Source of the DNA: Flavobacteriales bacterium | GTDB taxonomy: Bacteria > Bacteroidota > Bacteroidia > NS11-12g > UBA9320 | Assembly: GCA_020635355.1 (NCBI GenBank) | Contig: JACJZW010000012.1 | Span: forward strand, 40,836-104,835 | Length of the DNA stretch: 64,000 nucleotides | Direction of reading: 5' to 3' | Part shown: one piece after another, positions 1 to 9,968 of the stretch | Layout of the letters: each line of letters opens with the position of its first letter | Numbering within the stretch: the stretch's first letter is position 1 | Position numbers and translations under genes: made by a program | The notes under the pieces: model-generated | What the model was told of the DNA's origin: nothing | The model's input: only the letters and a program-made list of their open reading frames with translations | The model's database searches: none

Positions 1-1024
1 TGATCAACCGGCTCGATTAGACTTTTTCAATGAGCGGCTCTATTACCACGAAGTCAGTGTTTCAGATTATCCGCTGTTTCGCTATCCACCCTACGAGATT
101 GCACTCTCCAGTAAAATTGTTGACACGGTAATAAATGCCGGTCTCGACGTTTTGCACGTTCACTATGCCATTCCCCATGCCGCTGCCGCGGTCATGGCTA
201 AATACATTCTCAAGGAACGCGGGATCAACATTCCCATCATTACCACCTTGCACGGTACGGATATCACCCTGGTTGGGCGCGATGCCACCTACGGTCCGGT
301 GATTACCTATTCACTGAATCAATCGGATGGCATTACGGCTGTTTCACAAAGTTTGAAGAATGATACACTCGAACTCTTTCCCATTCACAACGAGATTGAA
401 GTGATCCCCAACTTTGTGGACATGACGCGCTTTTCAAAGAAGCCCAGGGAGCATTTTAAACGGGCTATCGCTCCGAATGGAGAACGCGTGATAGTCCACA
501 CATCCAACTTCAGAAAGGTGAAGCGTGTGGATGATGTGATTGAAGTATTCCGGTTAATCAACAAACAAATCCCATCACGGCTACTGATGATTGGCGATGG
601 ACCCGAACGCATTCGGGTGGAACGGGAATGCCGCGAATGCGATATGTGTGATCAGATTTCCTTCCTCGGAAAACAAGACGCCGTTGAGGAGCTGTTATCG
701 GTAAGTGATTTGTTCATCATGCCATCAGAGACCGAAAGTTTTGGGTTGGCGGCACTGGAAGCAATGGCCTGCCAGGTGCCGGTGATTTCAACCAACACCG
801 GAGGGCTACCGGAAGTGAATATCCACGGTAAAACAGGGTTTACCTGTGCCGTTGGCGACATTCAGTCTATGGCTAAATACGGTATTGAGATTCTGGAATC
901 TGATGAACAATTGAATCAATTCAAGCAGGCCGCATTGGAGCATGCCATGACATTTGATATCAATACCGTTGGTCCCCTCTACATGACTTATTATGAGCAG
1001 ATTCTTCAATCTGTGAACGCCTGA
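1..1024 (+). CDS. bshA: N-acetyl-alpha-D-glucosaminyl L-malate synthase (GT4 glycosyltransferase, bacillithiol biosynthesis), 5'-partial
   Basis: Frame 2 is open from the window edge (DQPARLDFFNERLYYHEVSVSDYPLFRYPPYEIAL...), so the listed M at 152 is internal. HVHYAIPHA, TTLHGTDITLVG and MPSETESFGLAALEAMACQVPVI are BshA/GT4 hallmarks. Confidence 0.8.
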   Translation, partial: DQPARLDFFNERLYYHEVSVSDYPLFRYPPYEIALSSKIVDTVINAGLDVLHVHYAIPHAAAAVMAKYILKERGINIPIITTLHGTDITLVGRDATYGPVITYSLNQSDGITAVSQSLKNDTLELFPIHNEIEVIPNFVDMTRFSKKPREHFKRAIAPNGERVIVHTSNFRKVKRVDDVIEVFRLINKQIPSRLLMIGDGPERIRVERECRECDMCDQISFLGKQDAVEELLSVSDLFIMPSETESFGLAALEAMACQVPVISTNTGGLPEVNIHGKTGFTCAVGDIQSMAKYGIEILESDEQLNQFKQAALEHAMTFDINTVGPLYMTYYEQILQSVNA

Positions 1025-1050
1025 TTCACTCTTCTTCTAAATTTGCGGAG

Positions 1051-1827
1051 ATGAGATTGTTCTCCCGCATTGTATTGATCATGGTGTTGCTGGCAGCCGT
1101 TGGTGTCCCTTTGGCTCAGTGTGCCGTCCAAGCCGATGCGGCATCTTCGGATAGTTGGGAAATTTTAAGACCGGATCGGCAACGATGGTGGATGTTCTTG
1201 TTTGCTGTGTTGGTCTTTTCCTTCATTGGCTTGCTTCGAAACCTGAATTCACAGCGTCATCAGTTTACTTTCTTTAGTTACGTGGTAAGTCCAAAAACGG
1301 AGAATGAACTGCTGGAGGATAATTATCAGATCGATATTTTTCAAATCATTCAAATCGGAATATCCTGCTTAATCATTGGCTGGTTCATTTCATTGTTCAA
1401 TCCATTTGACCTGAATTTTACAATGGTTGGCGAGTTTGGGAAATTCCTGTTGATCATCCTTCTGGTTGCTCTGGTCTATTCATTCAAGTATTTCGTTCAC
1501 TTTATCATTGGAATCATTCTTCAAAGTGACCGGTTGTCGAAGTTGATGGTTTTCAGTCAAAGCAACATGATGTATGCGGTTGGGCTGATTTTGTTCCCGT
1601 TGATTTTGATCCTGGCCTTCGCCCGCGAACCTGAGCTTCAACACATCTTGAAAATGACCTGTTTCGGGGTGATTGGAGTCATGTTAATCATGCGGTTTAT
1701 CAAGACTTTTCGCATCTATCTCCACCTCTTTCCGTATCGGAGGGTTTACATATTTATATATCTTTGCGCCCTTGAAATACTACCCCTGTTGGTTATGTTG
1801 ACCTACATCAACTGGGAGTGGATTTGA
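1051..1827 (+). CDS. DUF4271-like polytopic membrane protein
   Basis: ATG start and several hydrophobic helices. It lies immediately upstream of the uroporphyrinogen-III synthase gene, the usual Bacteroidota synteny for DUF4271. Confidence 0.55.
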   Translation: MRLFSRIVLIMVLLAAVGVPLAQCAVQADAASSDSWEILRPDRQRWWMFLFAVLVFSFIGLLRNLNSQRHQFTFFSYVVSPKTENELLEDNYQIDIFQIIQIGISCLIIGWFISLFNPFDLNFTMVGEFGKFLLIILLVALVYSFKYFVHFIIGIILQSDRLSKLMVFSQSNMMYAVGLILFPLILILAFAREPELQHILKMTCFGVIGVMLIMRFIKTFRIYLHLFPYRRVYIFIYLCALEILPLLVMLTYINWEWI

Positions 1828-1841
1828 ACTGACGAGAGAAA

Positions 1842-2585
1842 TTGAAAGTTAAAAGCATCTTAGTGTCCCAGCCGGACCCTGGAGATAAAAAAACTCCATA
1901 CCATGCCCTGGCTGATCGCTTTAAACTGAAGTTGGATTTTCGACCTTTTATTCAGGTCGATCAGGTGCCTGCTCGCGAATTGCGCAAGCAGCGGTTGGAT
2001 ATTCTGGATCATACAGCAGTTATTCTTACATCCAGAAATGCGGTAGATAATTTCTTTCGGATTGCCGAAGAGATGAAGGTGGAACTGCCCGCTACCATGA
2101 AGTATTTCTGTATGAACGAAGGCGTTTCGCTTTATACCCAGAAATACACGGTACTTCGGAAGCGAAAAATGTTTTTTGGTAAGGGGCGGATCCCGGAATT
2201 CCTAACCCTGGTTAAGAATCACGCCAAGGAGAAATTCCTGTTCCCGTGTTCCAACATCCGTGCGGATGTAATTCCCGACTTTCTGGAGGAGCACAAGATC
2301 AAGTATACGGAGGCCATTATGTACAAAACGGTTAACGCGGATTTGAGCGATTTGGCCGATGTGTACTACGACATTATCTGTTTCTTTAGTCCGGCGGATA
2401 TCAAGAGTTTGTTCGACAACTTCCCGGACTTTGTGCAAAACAACACACGGCTTGCAGGATGGGGAAAGACCACCCATCAGGCCATTGAAGAGGCTGGTTT
2501 AACTAACAATATTCCCGCTCCGTCACCCGATGCACCAAGTATGGTAGCAGCATTGGAAAACTACATTCTTCAGGTAAACGCCTGA
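1842..2585 (+). CDS. hemD: uroporphyrinogen-III synthase
   Basis: 247 aa with a TTG start. The N-terminus (ILVSQPDPGDKKTPYHALADRFKLKLDFRPFIQV) and length match Bacteroidota HemD-family proteins. Confidence 0.7.
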   Translation: MKVKSILVSQPDPGDKKTPYHALADRFKLKLDFRPFIQVDQVPARELRKQRLDILDHTAVILTSRNAVDNFFRIAEEMKVELPATMKYFCMNEGVSLYTQKYTVLRKRKMFFGKGRIPEFLTLVKNHAKEKFLFPCSNIRADVIPDFLEEHKIKYTEAIMYKTVNADLSDLADVYYDIICFFSPADIKSLFDNFPDFVQNNTRLAGWGKTTHQAIEEAGLTNNIPAPSPDAPSMVAALENYILQVNA

Positions 2586-3787
2586 TCTGAAGTCCGCATT
2601 CTGCGTAACAATAGACATCTCGTAACCCGATCCCAGTTGGTGTAGAAGTACAGGTGATACTGTCCACCATCTTTGATGCCCAACCGTTTGCGAATGGTTT
2701 GAACGGATTCGGGGAAATCGCGTTTGGTGATCATGACCTCATGAATGCCTCTGGTTGACAACGCCTTCCGAATTCCCTTCCAATTCACGTCAAGTTGATC
2801 CACTACCTCGAACCATTTGCCCGGGGAATTGAGAACAACATCATTAGCCGTATATAGGAAACTGTGTTTGCCCAGTTTTAAAAGGGAATGACGTTGTGCA
2901 TACTCATCTGCCAACCCCGCTTTAATCAAAGCCGACCCCGGTTCAAAGACGAGGTGCTGATCAACACAATGAGCCGGTAGTGGAGGCTCTTTCCTGCCTG
3001 ACGATGAAAACACCTGCTCGCCTGAAGGATCCAAATTCACCGCTGTAATACCATTGGGTAAAGCTGAGGTTCCAACAACGGCCATAATCTCCTTTACTTC
3101 ATTCAACTCGCTGATCACCGCCAAAGAAGTTAACAGAGGGATTTGTCGGCGCAGTTCCGTGAGATCCACCATCGGACTTAATTTCAGAGCCAGCGTTTGG
3201 GACTTTGACGTAAGTTCATCCAAACGGCTAAGTACATTGGGTTCGCAATCGGCTAATCCATGTACCCGCTGCGATCCGGGTCGGCGATCCGGATCAATGA
3301 AGATCAGGTCTACTTCGCGGTTTAAAGATGTCAGTGCATCGTCAAATGTTGAGTGAAGGATAAGGTGATTGGTGCGGCCCAAACGAGTGGAATTGAATCG
3401 AAGAAGTTCAACCAGTTCCGGGTTTACCTCAACCGAGTAAACGGATTCAAATTGATGCGAGAGAAAGGTGCCGTCAACACCCAGACCGGCGGTCATATCC
3501 CAGGCTTCTTTGCCGTGAAATAAAGAGGATCGGTACTCGGCAACCCGCTGAGAACTGCATTGTTCATAGGCGCGCTGCGTTAGGGCGCATCGGGCATCTA
3601 CCCATCGAGGTATTTTGCGTTGAGCTTTCTGATAGATGGATAGTATCGAAATGGCGGTTGGAAGGTCGAGGTCAAACCGATTTCTCAATCGTAGGGCCAT
3701 CTCATCCAATCTCAGGTGAGTACCGGCATCGATAAATTCCACCCATTGCGGGTGTTCGAGGGTGAGGATTATTTTATTTCTTTGCAC
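2570..3787 (-). CDS. class I SAM-dependent methyltransferase with a THUMP-like C-terminal region
   Basis: 405 aa with SAM-binding motif I (WDMTAGLGVDGTF) and a later LIFIDPDRRP motif. The start is GTG, so it is uncertain. The 3' end overlaps hemD convergently by 16 nt. Confidence 0.6.
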   Translation of the reverse strand: MQRNKIILTLEHPQWVEFIDAGTHLRLDEMALRLRNRFDLDLPTAISILSIYQKAQRKIPRWVDARCALTQRAYEQCSSQRVAEYRSSLFHGKEAWDMTAGLGVDGTFLSHQFESVYSVEVNPELVELLRFNSTRLGRTNHLILHSTFDDALTSLNREVDLIFIDPDRRPGSQRVHGLADCEPNVLSRLDELTSKSQTLALKLSPMVDLTELRRQIPLLTSLAVISELNEVKEIMAVVGTSALPNGITAVNLDPSGEQVFSSSGRKEPPLPAHCVDQHLVFEPGSALIKAGLADEYAQRHSLLKLGKHSFLYTANDVVLNSPGKWFEVVDQLDVNWKGIRKALSTRGIHEVMITKRDFPESVQTIRKRLGIKDGGQYHLYFYTNWDRVTRCLLLRRMRTSDQAFT

Positions 3788-3843
3788 TAACCAAAAAAGG
3801 TGAACCGTTGTACTTCAAAGGTGTTCACTAAAAAAGGAAAATT

Positions 3844-3963
3844 ATGAAAAAGGTCATTGGCATTGTATTGATTGGATTCTTCGTTGTGGCATTGCTCTCT
3901 TCGTGCGGTTCCAGACGGAAAGACGGATGCCCAAACAACTTCAGCATCACGCTGAGTCTATAA
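3844..3963 (+). CDS. small lipoprotein (39 aa), absent from the supplied ORF track
   Basis: ATG at 3844 and TAA at 3961-3963. It translates to MKKVIGIVLIGFFVVALLSSCGSRRKDGCPNNFSITLSL, with a canonical signal peptide and lipobox (LLSSC). It sits in the gap between two minus-strand genes. Confidence 0.5.
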   Translation: MKKVIGIVLIGFFVVALLSSCGSRRKDGCPNNFSITLSL

Positions 3964-3975
3964 GAACCAGCCAAA

Positions 3976-4386
3976 CTAACCGGAATATCGAAATTCCACC
4001 GCTTGTTCAATTTCAGGATGAAGGCTAAGTGCCACCGGGCAGGTACGTGCGGCGTGTTCTAAAATTTTCTTTTCCCGATCTGAATATTCTTTCCCACCAA
4101 ACTGAATGGAGATGGCTATCCGACTGATTCGTCTTGGATTAGACGCCATGGTTTTGGTGACTTCCGAATGAATGGAGCCCAGCGGAATGTCATTTTTCTC
4201 GGCATGAATTCCAATTAGGGTGAACATACAACAAGCCAGTGAAGTGGCTGTTAAATCCGTTGGGGAGAATTTCATTCCCTTGCCATTGTTATCCACTGGG
4301 GCATCTGTCTCCAATGTTGATCCTGATTTTAAGTGTGTGGCGAGGGTTCTAAGGTTGCCCTGATAAACCACGGAACTGGTCGTCAT
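3976..4386 (-). CDS. OsmC family peroxiredoxin
   Basis: 136 aa. It carries the two conserved Cys contexts (TSLACCMF and ARTCPVALSL) typical of the OsmC/Ohr fold. Confidence 0.8.
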   Translation of the reverse strand: MTTSSVVYQGNLRTLATHLKSGSTLETDAPVDNNGKGMKFSPTDLTATSLACCMFTLIGIHAEKNDIPLGSIHSEVTKTMASNPRRISRIAISIQFGGKEYSDREKKILEHAARTCPVALSLHPEIEQAVEFRYSG

Positions 4387-4441
4387 TCAGATGGGATTAA
4401 TTGGTGAAACAATCCGTGCAATTTGCTAACTTTACCGTTGC

Positions 4442-5191
4442 ATGTCAACCAGACGCCTCATTTTTTTCTTCGCACTCACGGTTACCTACTTTCTCGGGAT
4501 GTCGGTTGCCAGTGCCCAATGGAATCGGGTTACTCCTGGTAAACAATGGGGAGTGGGGATGGTTTTGCGAACAACAGGTGTTGGCTTGACCTTCAACCAG
4601 GAATACAAACTCAATCAAAAAGGTCGGAGAATGCTGGCCTATGCCGAGTTAGTTACGGTGAAGCACCCGTCAGAGATCAAGATTGTCAATCAGGGAGCAC
4701 AAAGTCCAACTCCGTATGTCTACGGTAAATTGTATCACACATTTATGAGCCGCCTAGGGGTGGGGATGAATCAGTCCGTTATCTCCCGCACCGCATCCAA
4801 CGCCATTGGTTTTTCGGTAGAAGGTTACGCAGGCCTTTCGGTGGCCTCCCTTCGTCCCGTGTACCTGGATGTTATGACGTATCAGGCCAATGATAAAACC
4901 CCGATTATTCGCAGCCAACGGTACGATCCGGCCACCCACACCAATCAAGCAGACATCGTGGGGTACTCACGTCAGGAAAAAGGTTGGAGTGAAATTGAAA
5001 ACCGACTGGGAGGAAACCTGACATTGGCAGCCCGTTTGGATTGGGGGCGCAGCCACATCGGAAAGCAAGTGGGAGTAGGGGTTATGGTTGATTATTTTCC
5101 ATCCGATTTGCCCATCATGGCTACCAGTCCAAACGCAAACCTTTTTGCTACGCCGTTCGTTCGGTTCATGTGGTACTTTTCAAGGGGTTAG
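4442..5191 (+). CDS. hypothetical secreted or outer-membrane protein
   Basis: N-terminal signal peptide (LTVTYFLGMSVASAQ). Alternating hydrophobic beta-strand-like pattern with an aromatic C-terminus. No family recognised. Confidence 0.45.
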   Translation: MSTRRLIFFFALTVTYFLGMSVASAQWNRVTPGKQWGVGMVLRTTGVGLTFNQEYKLNQKGRRMLAYAELVTVKHPSEIKIVNQGAQSPTPYVYGKLYHTFMSRLGVGMNQSVISRTASNAIGFSVEGYAGLSVASLRPVYLDVMTYQANDKTPIIRSQRYDPATHTNQADIVGYSRQEKGWSEIENRLGGNLTLAARLDWGRSHIGKQVGVGVMVDYFPSDLPIMATSPNANLFATPFVRFMWYFSRG

Positions 5192-5288
5192 CCAGTTCTC
5201 AAGTGAGCGAGCCCACTTGTTAATTAAGGGTTGTCAGAACGGATTAGACTGATAAATTTGCACATTGTACCCTCAGGAAGATTTTGGA

Positions 5289-7982
5289 ATGAATATGAAA
5301 AAGAAGATTTATGTTGGAGGTTTGATCATTGCAATCGGGACAGTGGCCGCCATTGGCTTGCTGAAACCATCCCAGGAGCAGATCTATCAGCCCAGAACCA
5401 TCCAGGATGAACAGCCGATGAGCATCCACCCGATGCTGGAGTATCTGCACGCCATCCGAGCCAATCAAATTACAGGAGAAATTGATCCGATGGATGTGGC
5501 TAACGCCCGTCAGGATATCCAACAGTTCAGAAAGTTTAATAAAGCCTCGTTCCCATTGAACTGGTCCGCTGCAGGACCCGACAATGTTGGAGGTCGTACG
5601 CGTGCCGTGATTGTTGATCGAAACGACAACAACATCCTTTATGCCGGAGGCGTGATGGGCGGTATCTTCAAGTCAACCAACAAGGGTGCTTCCTGGTATC
5701 CGGTTGATGATAAGTTTGAGAGCATGGCGGTGTCTACCATCTGCCAAACCAAAAACGGCGATGTGTTCTTCGGTACAGGAGAATCCTTTACCGGAAGCGG
5801 GGGACAAAAAGTTTACACCATGGGTTTCTCCGGTAACGGGATCTATCGTTCCACTGATAATGGCAAATCATTTTCCCGCATTGCCTCTACATCCGGATTA
5901 ACCTATGTAAATCGTTTGGCGAGTCATCCAACCAAAAATTATGTATTGGCGGCAACCAGTACCGGGTTGTATGTGAGCAACGAGTCTGATCCTACTCAAA
6001 CCTGGACACAGATTCGTCCGGGAAATGCCGAGGACGTAACCTTTGATAAAAATGGAAACGCCTTCGTTTACATTACTAATCGGGTTTACCGATCTACCAA
6101 TCCAACTGATAATTCATCCTATACTCAGGTAACAGGTCTTCCGTTGGCTAATTCACGTATGGCTATCGCCGCTTCACCGTCTGACCCTAACTATGTATAT
6201 GCAGTGGTAGTTGGAACGGTAAGTATTGACGGAACACAAGGGGCATTTACTGTTTCTGGCGGGTTGATTGGTATCTTCCAATCCAAAGACAATGGACAAA
6301 ACTTCTCACAAATCGTAGGAAAAGCGAGCGCGTTGTTCGCACCGTTTACCAACCAGTCACTTCAGAGTGCACAGGGAAATTACGATCTGGCTCTTGGTGT
6401 TCACCCCTACAACAAGGAGCGAATCTTTGTTGGAGGCGTAGAATTTGCTGAATGGACCGAGGCAGGAGGGCCCATCATTGTGGGTAATACCTTCAATTCT
6501 CCGTTCAATCCATTGGGTATTCATGCCGATAAACATTGGGTAACCTTTGATACCGTTTCCAAGCCAGCCATTATGTATGTGGCTACGGATGGTGGTATCT
6601 CTAAAACTACCAATGCAGACTTAAACCGATACATCGATATTAACAACGGCTATCAAACCACTGCATTCTACGGAATTGCGGCAGGAGTTGATGGCTCTGT
6701 GATGGGGGGAACTCAGGATCAGGGTGGATTGTATGTAAATGGAAAAGGAAGTACGCCTCAGGCAGGTGTGCGCATCAATGGGGGCGACAACTATCAATGT
6801 GACGTTTCTAAAATTGATTCCCGTATCCTCTTCATGCAAGCCTATTATGGTTTGATGGGTCGTACACTAAATGCCGGTGGAAGTTTTTCATCCATCTGGG
6901 ATCCTCGTATTAAGGAATACTTTGTTGATAAAACTGAGCCCATCAGCCGGGTGAATAACATCGTTAACACACCGCTGAAATTGTGGGAAGACCGAGACAG
7001 CATGAAGAGCCGATTGTTCTTTGGTATGGACAACGAAATGTGGATGGCCAATGGTGCCTCTACAACGGCTATTCCTCAGTGGTTCCGAATTGCCAATTTA
7101 GGGGTTGATCCTTACAACGTTGATTTTACTCCTGATGGTGGAACCTTGTACATCGCTGGTTTTGGTGGATCCAGAATCTTCCGATTGGATGGATTAAATG
7201 ATGTGACCTGGGACACTACCATGTATCCCGGAAATACCATTCCTTCTGAGCTTAAACTTACCGACATCAAATCCAATTTGCCATCCAGAACCATCACCAG
7301 CATTGAGGTGGATGACAACAACAAGGATCGGGTAATTGTGACCATGGGTAATTACGGAAACTCGTCTTTTGTTTACATAACCGAAGATGCAACATCAGCT
7401 AGTCCAACCTGGCGTTCCATACAGGGCAACCTGCCACGTTTCCCCGTGTATGATGCAGAAATCAGTACGGTTGATCCGGACATGATTATGCTCGGAACAG
7501 AATACGGTATTTACGCCTGTACGAACGGAACGGCAACTACCCCAACCTGGGTGGAAAACAACGATCAATTCCCATTGGTGCCAGCGTTTGATCTGTATCA
7601 GGTGGAAGCCAAGAAGGTTGATGGCGCCAATGCATGGCGAACCGGTCCAATGCTCTACGCCGGTACGCACGGTAGAGGGATCTTCAAATCGAGCAATTTG
7701 CTCACCAGCTTCCGTCCGGTTAATCCAATGGACATCATTCGCTTATACATCTACCCTAATCCAGGTTCTGAATTTGTAAAAGTTCAAATGCCGGGAACAG
7801 TGAAGGGAGACGTGAAACTGACCATTCTGAGTATGAGCGGTCAGGTTGTGAAATCGCAGGACCTGCGTTTGAGCAGTTCTACCATTGATCTGAATGTAAG
7901 CGATCTGAACCGTGGTAATTACATCGTTCAGGTGGAAGGTGAGAACTTCAAGGGAACATCGAAGTTTGTCAAAATGAATTAA
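5289..7982 (+). CDS. Asp-box (BNR/sortilin-like) beta-propeller protein with T9SS type A C-terminal sorting domain
   Basis: Repeated S-x-D-x-G-x-S/T-W/F boxes (STNKGASWYPV, STDNGKSFSRI, SKDNGQNFSQI). The C-terminus (LYIYPNPGSEFVKVQ...GNYIVQVEGENFKGTSKFVKMN) is a T9SS CTD. The ATG at 5289 or 5295 is preferred over the TTG at 5265. Confidence 0.75.
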   Translation: MNMKKKIYVGGLIIAIGTVAAIGLLKPSQEQIYQPRTIQDEQPMSIHPMLEYLHAIRANQITGEIDPMDVANARQDIQQFRKFNKASFPLNWSAAGPDNVGGRTRAVIVDRNDNNILYAGGVMGGIFKSTNKGASWYPVDDKFESMAVSTICQTKNGDVFFGTGESFTGSGGQKVYTMGFSGNGIYRSTDNGKSFSRIASTSGLTYVNRLASHPTKNYVLAATSTGLYVSNESDPTQTWTQIRPGNAEDVTFDKNGNAFVYITNRVYRSTNPTDNSSYTQVTGLPLANSRMAIAASPSDPNYVYAVVVGTVSIDGTQGAFTVSGGLIGIFQSKDNGQNFSQIVGKASALFAPFTNQSLQSAQGNYDLALGVHPYNKERIFVGGVEFAEWTEAGGPIIVGNTFNSPFNPLGIHADKHWVTFDTVSKPAIMYVATDGGISKTTNADLNRYIDINNGYQTTAFYGIAAGVDGSVMGGTQDQGGLYVNGKGSTPQAGVRINGGDNYQCDVSKIDSRILFMQAYYGLMGRTLNAGGSFSSIWDPRIKEYFVDKTEPISRVNNIVNTPLKLWEDRDSMKSRLFFGMDNEMWMANGASTTAIPQWFRIANLGVDPYNVDFTPDGGTLYIAGFGGSRIFRLDGLNDVTWDTTMYPGNTIPSELKLTDIKSNLPSRTITSIEVDDNNKDRVIVTMGNYGNSSFVYITEDATSASPTWRSIQGNLPRFPVYDAEISTVDPDMIMLGTEYGIYACTNGTATTPTWVENNDQFPLVPAFDLYQVEAKKVDGANAWRTGPMLYAGTHGRGIFKSSNLLTSFRPVNPMDIIRLYIYPNPGSEFVKVQMPGTVKGDVKLTILSMSGQVVKSQDLRLSSSTIDLNVSDLNRGNYIVQVEGENFKGTSKFVKMN

Positions 7983-7985
7983 TAG

Positions 7986-8693
7986 ATGTCGATTCAGACA
8001 CATCAAAAAACCCGCTTCAAACAAGCGGGTTTTTTATTGCGCCTCAAATGGGTCGTATCCTATCTGTGGCCGATTGGCTTTCCACATCACAAACTCAATC
8101 AAAAAGGACTCTACCTTCAATGGTATCGGGGAGAGCTTCAGTTGTTTACGACTAAAGCCACCTATTCATTTGGGTCACTTCAATGGGCGTTCAAGCGACT
8201 TTTTGCGATGACATCCTTACCGTACCATTCGGTGAAGGATGTGCTGATTCTGGGATATGGCTTGGGCGGTGTTGCCGATTTGATTCAACAGAAAACCAGC
8301 ACATGTTCGATAATCGGGGTTGAGCTTGATCCGGATATAGCAGAGGTTGCGGAAGCCTGGTTTGATCGTCCGAACGTTAACCTCATTGTTCAGGATGCCG
8401 CTGATTTCGTGAAGGAATGTGAGAATCGCTTCGATTTAATCGTCATTGATGTCTATCACGACCTGGATGTGCCGCAATCCATACAGCACGTTTCTTTTTT
8501 AAGCGCGTGCGCCAACCTGCTTAACCCCGGAGGCGTAGTAGTGATGAATAAGGTGGTGAATTTTCCACTTCATGAAGAAGAACGATTGCAACTTCTGCTG
8601 GATTTGGGGAAATGTTTCAGGCAGGTGGAAGATGTTCAGAGCACCAATCTCAATCACATGTTGGTAGCAAAAGCAGCCAAAGTGGCGCAATAA
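7986..8693 (+). CDS. spermidine synthase-like SAM-dependent methyltransferase
   Basis: VLILGYGLGGVADLI...IIGVELDPDI...DLIVIDVY motifs. The listed ATG overlaps the upstream terminator, so the true start may be the TTG at 8037 or later. Confidence 0.55.
   Translation: MSIQTHQKTRFKQAGFLLRLKWVVSYLWPIGFPHHKLNQKGLYLQWYRGELQLFTTKATYSFGSLQWAFKRLFAMTSLPYHSVKDVLILGYGLGGVADLIQQKTSTCSIIGVELDPDIAEVAEAWFDRPNVNLIVQDAADFVKECENRFDLIVIDVYHDLDVPQSIQHVSFLSACANLLNPGGVVVMNKVVNFPLHEEERLQLLLDLGKCFRQVEDVQSTNLNHMLVAKAAKVAQ
8005..8036 (+). terminator. rho-independent terminator after the Asp-box protein gene
   Basis: ACCCGCTT-caaac-AAGCGGGT stem-loop (8010-8030) followed by TTTTT. Confidence 0.7.
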
Positions 8694-8790
8694 TTTTAGG
8701 AATTGTAAATTAAGCTGACAGGGTGGCTGATTTTTAGATGTAAATTGAAGTGGTATATCAATTGACCACATCGATGTAAAAATTACAGAG

Positions 8791-9234
8791 ATGACAGTTA
8801 CAAAGTACAAACCTTCGACTCATTTGCTCCGAGATGTATTCTTTCCAAAGGGATTTGATTCCATGATGAATTCGTTTTTGCAGGAGACAGATGAAAACCT
8901 TCAAACATCCTTTTTCCGTCCAAGTGTAGACGTTGTGGAACATGAGGAGAATTACGAAATTCATGTGAGTATTCCTGGTGTTAAGCGGGACGACATCACT
9001 TTGGATGTTCAACGAAATCAACTGATTGTTTCAGGTGAGCGTAAGCAAGTTACCGAGAAAAAGGAAGCCAAGTATCACACCGGAGAAATTCGGTATGGCA
9101 AATTCTCACGCACCTTTTACTTGCCTGATGATGTGAATCACAATGCCATTGAGGCCAAGTTTGAAGATGGTGTGTTAAACATTCAAATTCCAAAAGCCGA
9201 ACAGGCCAAACCAAAGACCATCAAGATTAAGTAA
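8791..9234 (+). CDS. Hsp20/alpha-crystallin small heat-shock protein
   Basis: 147 aa. The alpha-crystallin domain reads PSVDVVEHEENYEIHVSIPGVKRDDITLDV...FSRTFYLPDDVNHNAIEAKFEDGVLNIQIPK. Confidence 0.9.
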   Translation: MTVTKYKPSTHLLRDVFFPKGFDSMMNSFLQETDENLQTSFFRPSVDVVEHEENYEIHVSIPGVKRDDITLDVQRNQLIVSGERKQVTEKKEAKYHTGEIRYGKFSRTFYLPDDVNHNAIEAKFEDGVLNIQIPKAEQAKPKTIKIK

Positions 9235-9258
9235 GGGTCGTATTTCATATATATTCAC

Positions 9259-9288
9259 GAGCCGGTACGCCATTGTGCCGGCTTTTTT
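9259..9288 (+). terminator. rho-independent terminator after hsp20
   Basis: GAGCCGGTAC-gccatt-GTGCCGGCTT stem (with wobbles) followed by a T-run. Confidence 0.6.
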
Positions 9289-9310
9289 GTTAATATGCGT
9301 GAGGCGGGAT

Positions 9311-9946
9311 ATGGATCGGATAAAAACAAAAATTCATCAGTTGATCGAATTCGGCGAGTCCGAGACGATGGATTTTAAGCAAAGTGTAAATGATGCAGCT
9401 AAAATTGCCAAAACGATCGCCGCATTTGCCAACGGAAAGGGAGGCGTGCTCCTAATTGGTGTAAAGGACAACGGAACTATATCCGGTGTCAACACGGAAG
9501 AGGAGTGGTACATGTTGGATATGGCGGCGAAGATGTATTGCCGGCCAACTGTTGAGCTGCGAAAGCGTGAATGGGTGATTGAAGGAAAGGGCGTGTTGGA
9601 GTGTATTGTTGATCAAGGAAAACAGGGGCCTTATTATGCGTTGGGAGATGATCAAAAGTGGTGGGTATACCAGCGCGTGAATGACAAAACCCTGTTAGCT
9701 GGACACATCGGAGTAGAGGTTATGAAGCGTGCCTCCTCTACGCATGGAAGTTTGATTGAATACAACGACGCAGAAAGATCGTTATTCGCCTACCTTTCTA
9801 CCGAAGGTGAAATCACGCTCAAGGGATTTCAAAAACTGGCCAGAATTAATCGGTGGAAGGCATCCCGTATCTTGATCAACCTAATCAGTGCCGGCGTTGT
9901 GGTATACAACCGGTCAGAAAAAGAAGAATATTTCACCCTGAATTGA
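9311..9946 (+). CDS. AlbA_2 (Schlafen-like) putative nucleic-acid-binding protein
   Basis: ESETMDFKQSVNDAAKIAKTIAAFANGKGGVLLIGVKDNGTISGV is the AlbA_2 signature. The ATG at 9311 is preferred because the listed start at 9275 lies inside the hsp20 terminator. Confidence 0.6.
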   Translation: MDRIKTKIHQLIEFGESETMDFKQSVNDAAKIAKTIAAFANGKGGVLLIGVKDNGTISGVNTEEEWYMLDMAAKMYCRPTVELRKREWVIEGKGVLECIVDQGKQGPYYALGDDQKWWVYQRVNDKTLLAGHIGVEVMKRASSTHGSLIEYNDAERSLFAYLSTEGEITLKGFQKLARINRWKASRILINLISAGVVVYNRSEKEEYFTLN

Positions 9947-9968
9947 CCCATCAGGCTAATTTTGCATC

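Noticed and set aside
3828-4010. A 60 aa minus-strand ORF between the methyltransferase and OsmC genes
   Set aside because: It overlaps the OsmC 3' end and has no features. The plus strand at the same place encodes a convincing signal-peptide/lipobox micro-protein.
5231-5244. The 14-nt word TTGTCAGAACGGAT repeated at 5231-5244 and 39550-39563, both in intergenic DNA
   Set aside because: By rough estimate, several chance 14-mer matches are expected in 64 kb. There is no extended similarity around either copy.
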